Positions 50,544 through 52,457 of a DNA stretch of 52,457 nt are shown here, piece by piece. Below the pieces are notes generated by a model that made no database searches, was not told the DNA's origin, and was given only the letters and a program-made list of their open reading frames with translations. The DNA comes from Candidatus Cloacimonadota bacterium (GTDB lineage Bacteria > Cloacimonadota > Cloacimonadia > Cloacimonadales > JAFGVF01), in NCBI GenBank assembly GCA_016838885.1, contig JAEKNW010000215.1, positions 1-52,457 of the forward strand, in the 5' to 3' direction. Position numbers and translations under genes: made by a program. The stretch's first letter is position 1; every line of letters starts with the position of its first letter.

Positions 50544-51626
50544 TTATATCTGTTTTAAATTACCATCAACATCCTGGGGTTGATTAAAATGTTCTTCCTC
50601 TAATTTTTCCATTTCAGCCAAGGCTGAATTTAGCATAAGAACCCTCTCACTATAGGTAACAAAAGCAGATTTAAAACCATTAATAATTATATTTTTCACA
50701 TCCTTATAAGAGAGCTTTAACTTGTCAATAACAAACATAAACTCGTCTGTAACTGTAGTATTAGAAACTGTTCTGTTATCGGTATTTAAAGTAACTCTTA
50801 ATCCATAATCGAGGTAGAAGCCAAAGGGGTGAACATCGAGAGATGGAACTGCTTTAGTATGGTAGTTGCTCTTAAAACAAATCTCTAAAGGAATTCTGTG
50901 ATCATTAACATAATTTAGCAAATCACCATCCTCAATCAAACGAGTACCATGCCCGATTCTGTGGGTCCCACAATAATGTAAGGCTTGATGAATACTATCA
51001 GGACCGTAAGCTTCTCCTGCATGGATGGTTATATTTAGATTATTACTTAGGGCTAATCTAAAAGCTTCTTCATGATCTTTTGCCGGATAATTATATTCAG
51101 CTCCAGCTAGGTCAAATCCAATCACTCCCTTGTTTTTATAAGCTACAGCCAACTCAGCTAATCTTAGGGAAGTAGCAGGATTTATGTTTCTAATTCCACA
51201 GATAATTACAGCAGTTTTAATATTATACATCAATTCTGCTTTACGTAATCCCCTTAATACAGCATCATTAACTTCTGTAAGTTTTAGACCTTCATTTGTA
51301 TGCAGGATCGGAGAGTAACGAACTTCTATGTATCTAACATTCTCTTTGGCTGAATCTTCTGCTAGTTCAAAAGCTGCTCTCTCTAAACCTTCCTCATTTT
51401 GAAGCACTAAGTTGGTTATATGAAAACCTTGAAGATATTCATCTAAACTCTTACATTCATCTCCGCAGGAAATCATTGTTAACAGCTTGGCCTTATCCAT
51501 AGTTGGTAATTTTATTTTATTCTTCTTCGCTAAATCTAATATAGTGTCAGGACGTACTGAACCATCCAAATGAACGTGCAGGTCTGTCTTTGGCAATTTT
51601 TCAATAAATTCTCTATTTAACTTCAT
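50544..51626 (-). CDS. add: Adenosine deaminase
   Basis: LPKTDLHVHLDGS, GFDLAGAE, TIHAGEA, RIGHG, NTDN. Confidence 0.95.
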   Translation of the reverse strand: MKLNREFIEKLPKTDLHVHLDGSVRPDTILDLAKKNKIKLPTMDKAKLLTMISCGDECKSLDEYLQGFHITNLVLQNEEGLERAAFELAEDSAKENVRYIEVRYSPILHTNEGLKLTEVNDAVLRGLRKAELMYNIKTAVIICGIRNINPATSLRLAELAVAYKNKGVIGFDLAGAEYNYPAKDHEEAFRLALSNNLNITIHAGEAYGPDSIHQALHYCGTHRIGHGTRLIEDGDLLNYVNDHRIPLEICFKSNYHTKAVPSLDVHPFGFYLDYGLRVTLNTDNRTVSNTTVTDEFMFVIDKLKLSYKDVKNIIINGFKSAFVTYSERVLMLNSALAEMEKLEEEHFNQPQDVDGNLKQI

Positions 51627-51654
51627 TTTTCCTCCTAAAGTTATCTAATAAGTT

Positions 51655-51683
51655 ATTATAATTAACTATCCTTATTCTGTCAA
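51655..51683 (-). promoter_or_regulatory. Consensus sigma70 promoter of add
   Basis: Minus strand perfect TTGACA-17 bp-TATAAT, followed by a GGAGG RBS. Confidence 0.8.
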
Positions 51684-51744
51684 AGAAAAAAAATAATTAA
51701 ATTTTGTGTGAATGATAAAGTTAAACCCAAGTAATGCCTCTTAA

Positions 51745-51826
51745 ATCCCGAAGGGATGCAGATATAGTAGGCAGGGTTCGAAGACCCTGTGTAAGAATCT
51801 CCCACAAACCTAAGCCCCGGAGGGGC
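51745..51826. repeat. Cluster of mini-hairpins (REP-like)
   Basis: ATCCC-gaa-GGGAT, CAGGG..CCCTG, GCCCC-gga-GGGGC. Confidence 0.55.
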
Positions 51827-51858
51827 GATAATCAATTAGATGTAAATAGTGGGTTTAA

Positions 51859-52052
51859 ACCCAAATAATGCAGTAGATCCTTGAGAATAGCACTATATTC
51901 TTTCTAGTGTTGGCGTAGCTTTAGCGAAGACTCATGCAAAAGTAACTTCCATAATTCTCCCGAATATATATATTATATGCCTTCAATTTCTGTAAGTTAT
52001 TTTGCTAAAAGAATCTGCACTCTTCTTTAAAGCTCTACTGCACCATTCGGGT
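51859..52052. mobile_element. MITE-like element (~194 bp) with ACCC...GGGT terminal inverted repeats
   Basis: ACCCAAATAATGCAGTAGA vs TCTACTGCACCATTCGGGT (16/19 inverted match); TAA on both sides; ends recur at 81-127, 39488, 48341. Confidence 0.65.
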
Positions 52053-52060
52053 TAAAGGAT

Positions 52061-52199
52061 AAAGTAGATTCTCCTTCATTATCCTCAATAATCATCTTCA
52101 TCCATTGAATAGCTTGTAGAGAGTATTTACCGATAGCGGTTTGTCAGATAGGGTAACTCCGGAAGCACCGTCAAAGACAGTATTAGCAACATCTGATAT
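52061..52199 (-). pseudogene. pyk: Pyruvate kinase gene fragment, frameshifted
   Basis: Minus strand reads ISDVANTVFDGASGVTLSD / -1 frameshift / TAIGKYSLQAIQWMKMIIEDNE, matching the pyruvate kinase SDVANAVxDGxDxVMLSxETAxGKYP motif. Confidence 0.7.
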
Positions 52200-52457
52200 A
52201 TGGCACTCTCTCAAGTAGAGTGGTAAGCAAATTATAGGACCCAAGAAAATAGAAAAAATTATTTTTATATTGTAAACAGTATTTTAAGAAAAGTTATCAA
52301 AAGTCAACTTTGCTCTTTATCTGCAAGCAGACTAGATTCTACATTTTTATAAGTGCCACAAATAGGCATTACAAAAGGGTTTGCCTAGTGATGCTTTAGA
52401 GTATCTCGATGAATCATCGGGATTTCATCGAGATACTTAAAGGAATGACTAAGGTTT

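Noticed and set aside
51627-51860. Purine riboswitch upstream of adenosine deaminase
   Set aside because: The consensus promoter leaves only ~20 nt of leader; hairpins further upstream belong to repeat elements

Overview
AT-rich bacterial chromosome segment (diderm, since lptFG, Wza and OmpA are present; the secreted-protein style is Cloacimonadota-like, which is inference only). Left to right: a metal permease plus CopZ; an ~18.5 kb Wzx/Wzy exopolysaccharide locus resembling syp-type loci (STAS, OmpA, Wza, Wzc-like, ligase/polymerase, flippase, GTs, plus an embedded uridine kinase and a Pol-beta-type nucleotidyltransferase); housekeeping genes (EamA, NifU, nadE, TPR, ribD, SpoIID-like); then an accessory island at 25.9-33.3 kb; then coaBC, SDR, queA, birA, TPR lipoprotein, ligA, lptFG, lysC, metG, msrB/A, tonB-exbD-exbB, add and a pyruvate kinase remnant. 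The highlight is a complete diversity-generating retroelement (DGR). It comprises a secreted FGE-sulfatase/CLec target, a VR (27463-27587), a downstream hairpin, avd, RT and a TR (29136-29260). VR and TR differ at 15 of 125 positions, all TR adenines. Three things are unusual. The RT reading frame runs straight through the TR and its 3' spacer. The cassette is followed by a 1107-aa secreted Ig/Fn3 protein. The whole unit is bracketed by related palindromic repeat arrays whose outer ends form a 34/36-bp inverted repeat. Several families of small palindromic and MITE-like repeats fill the intergenic regions.
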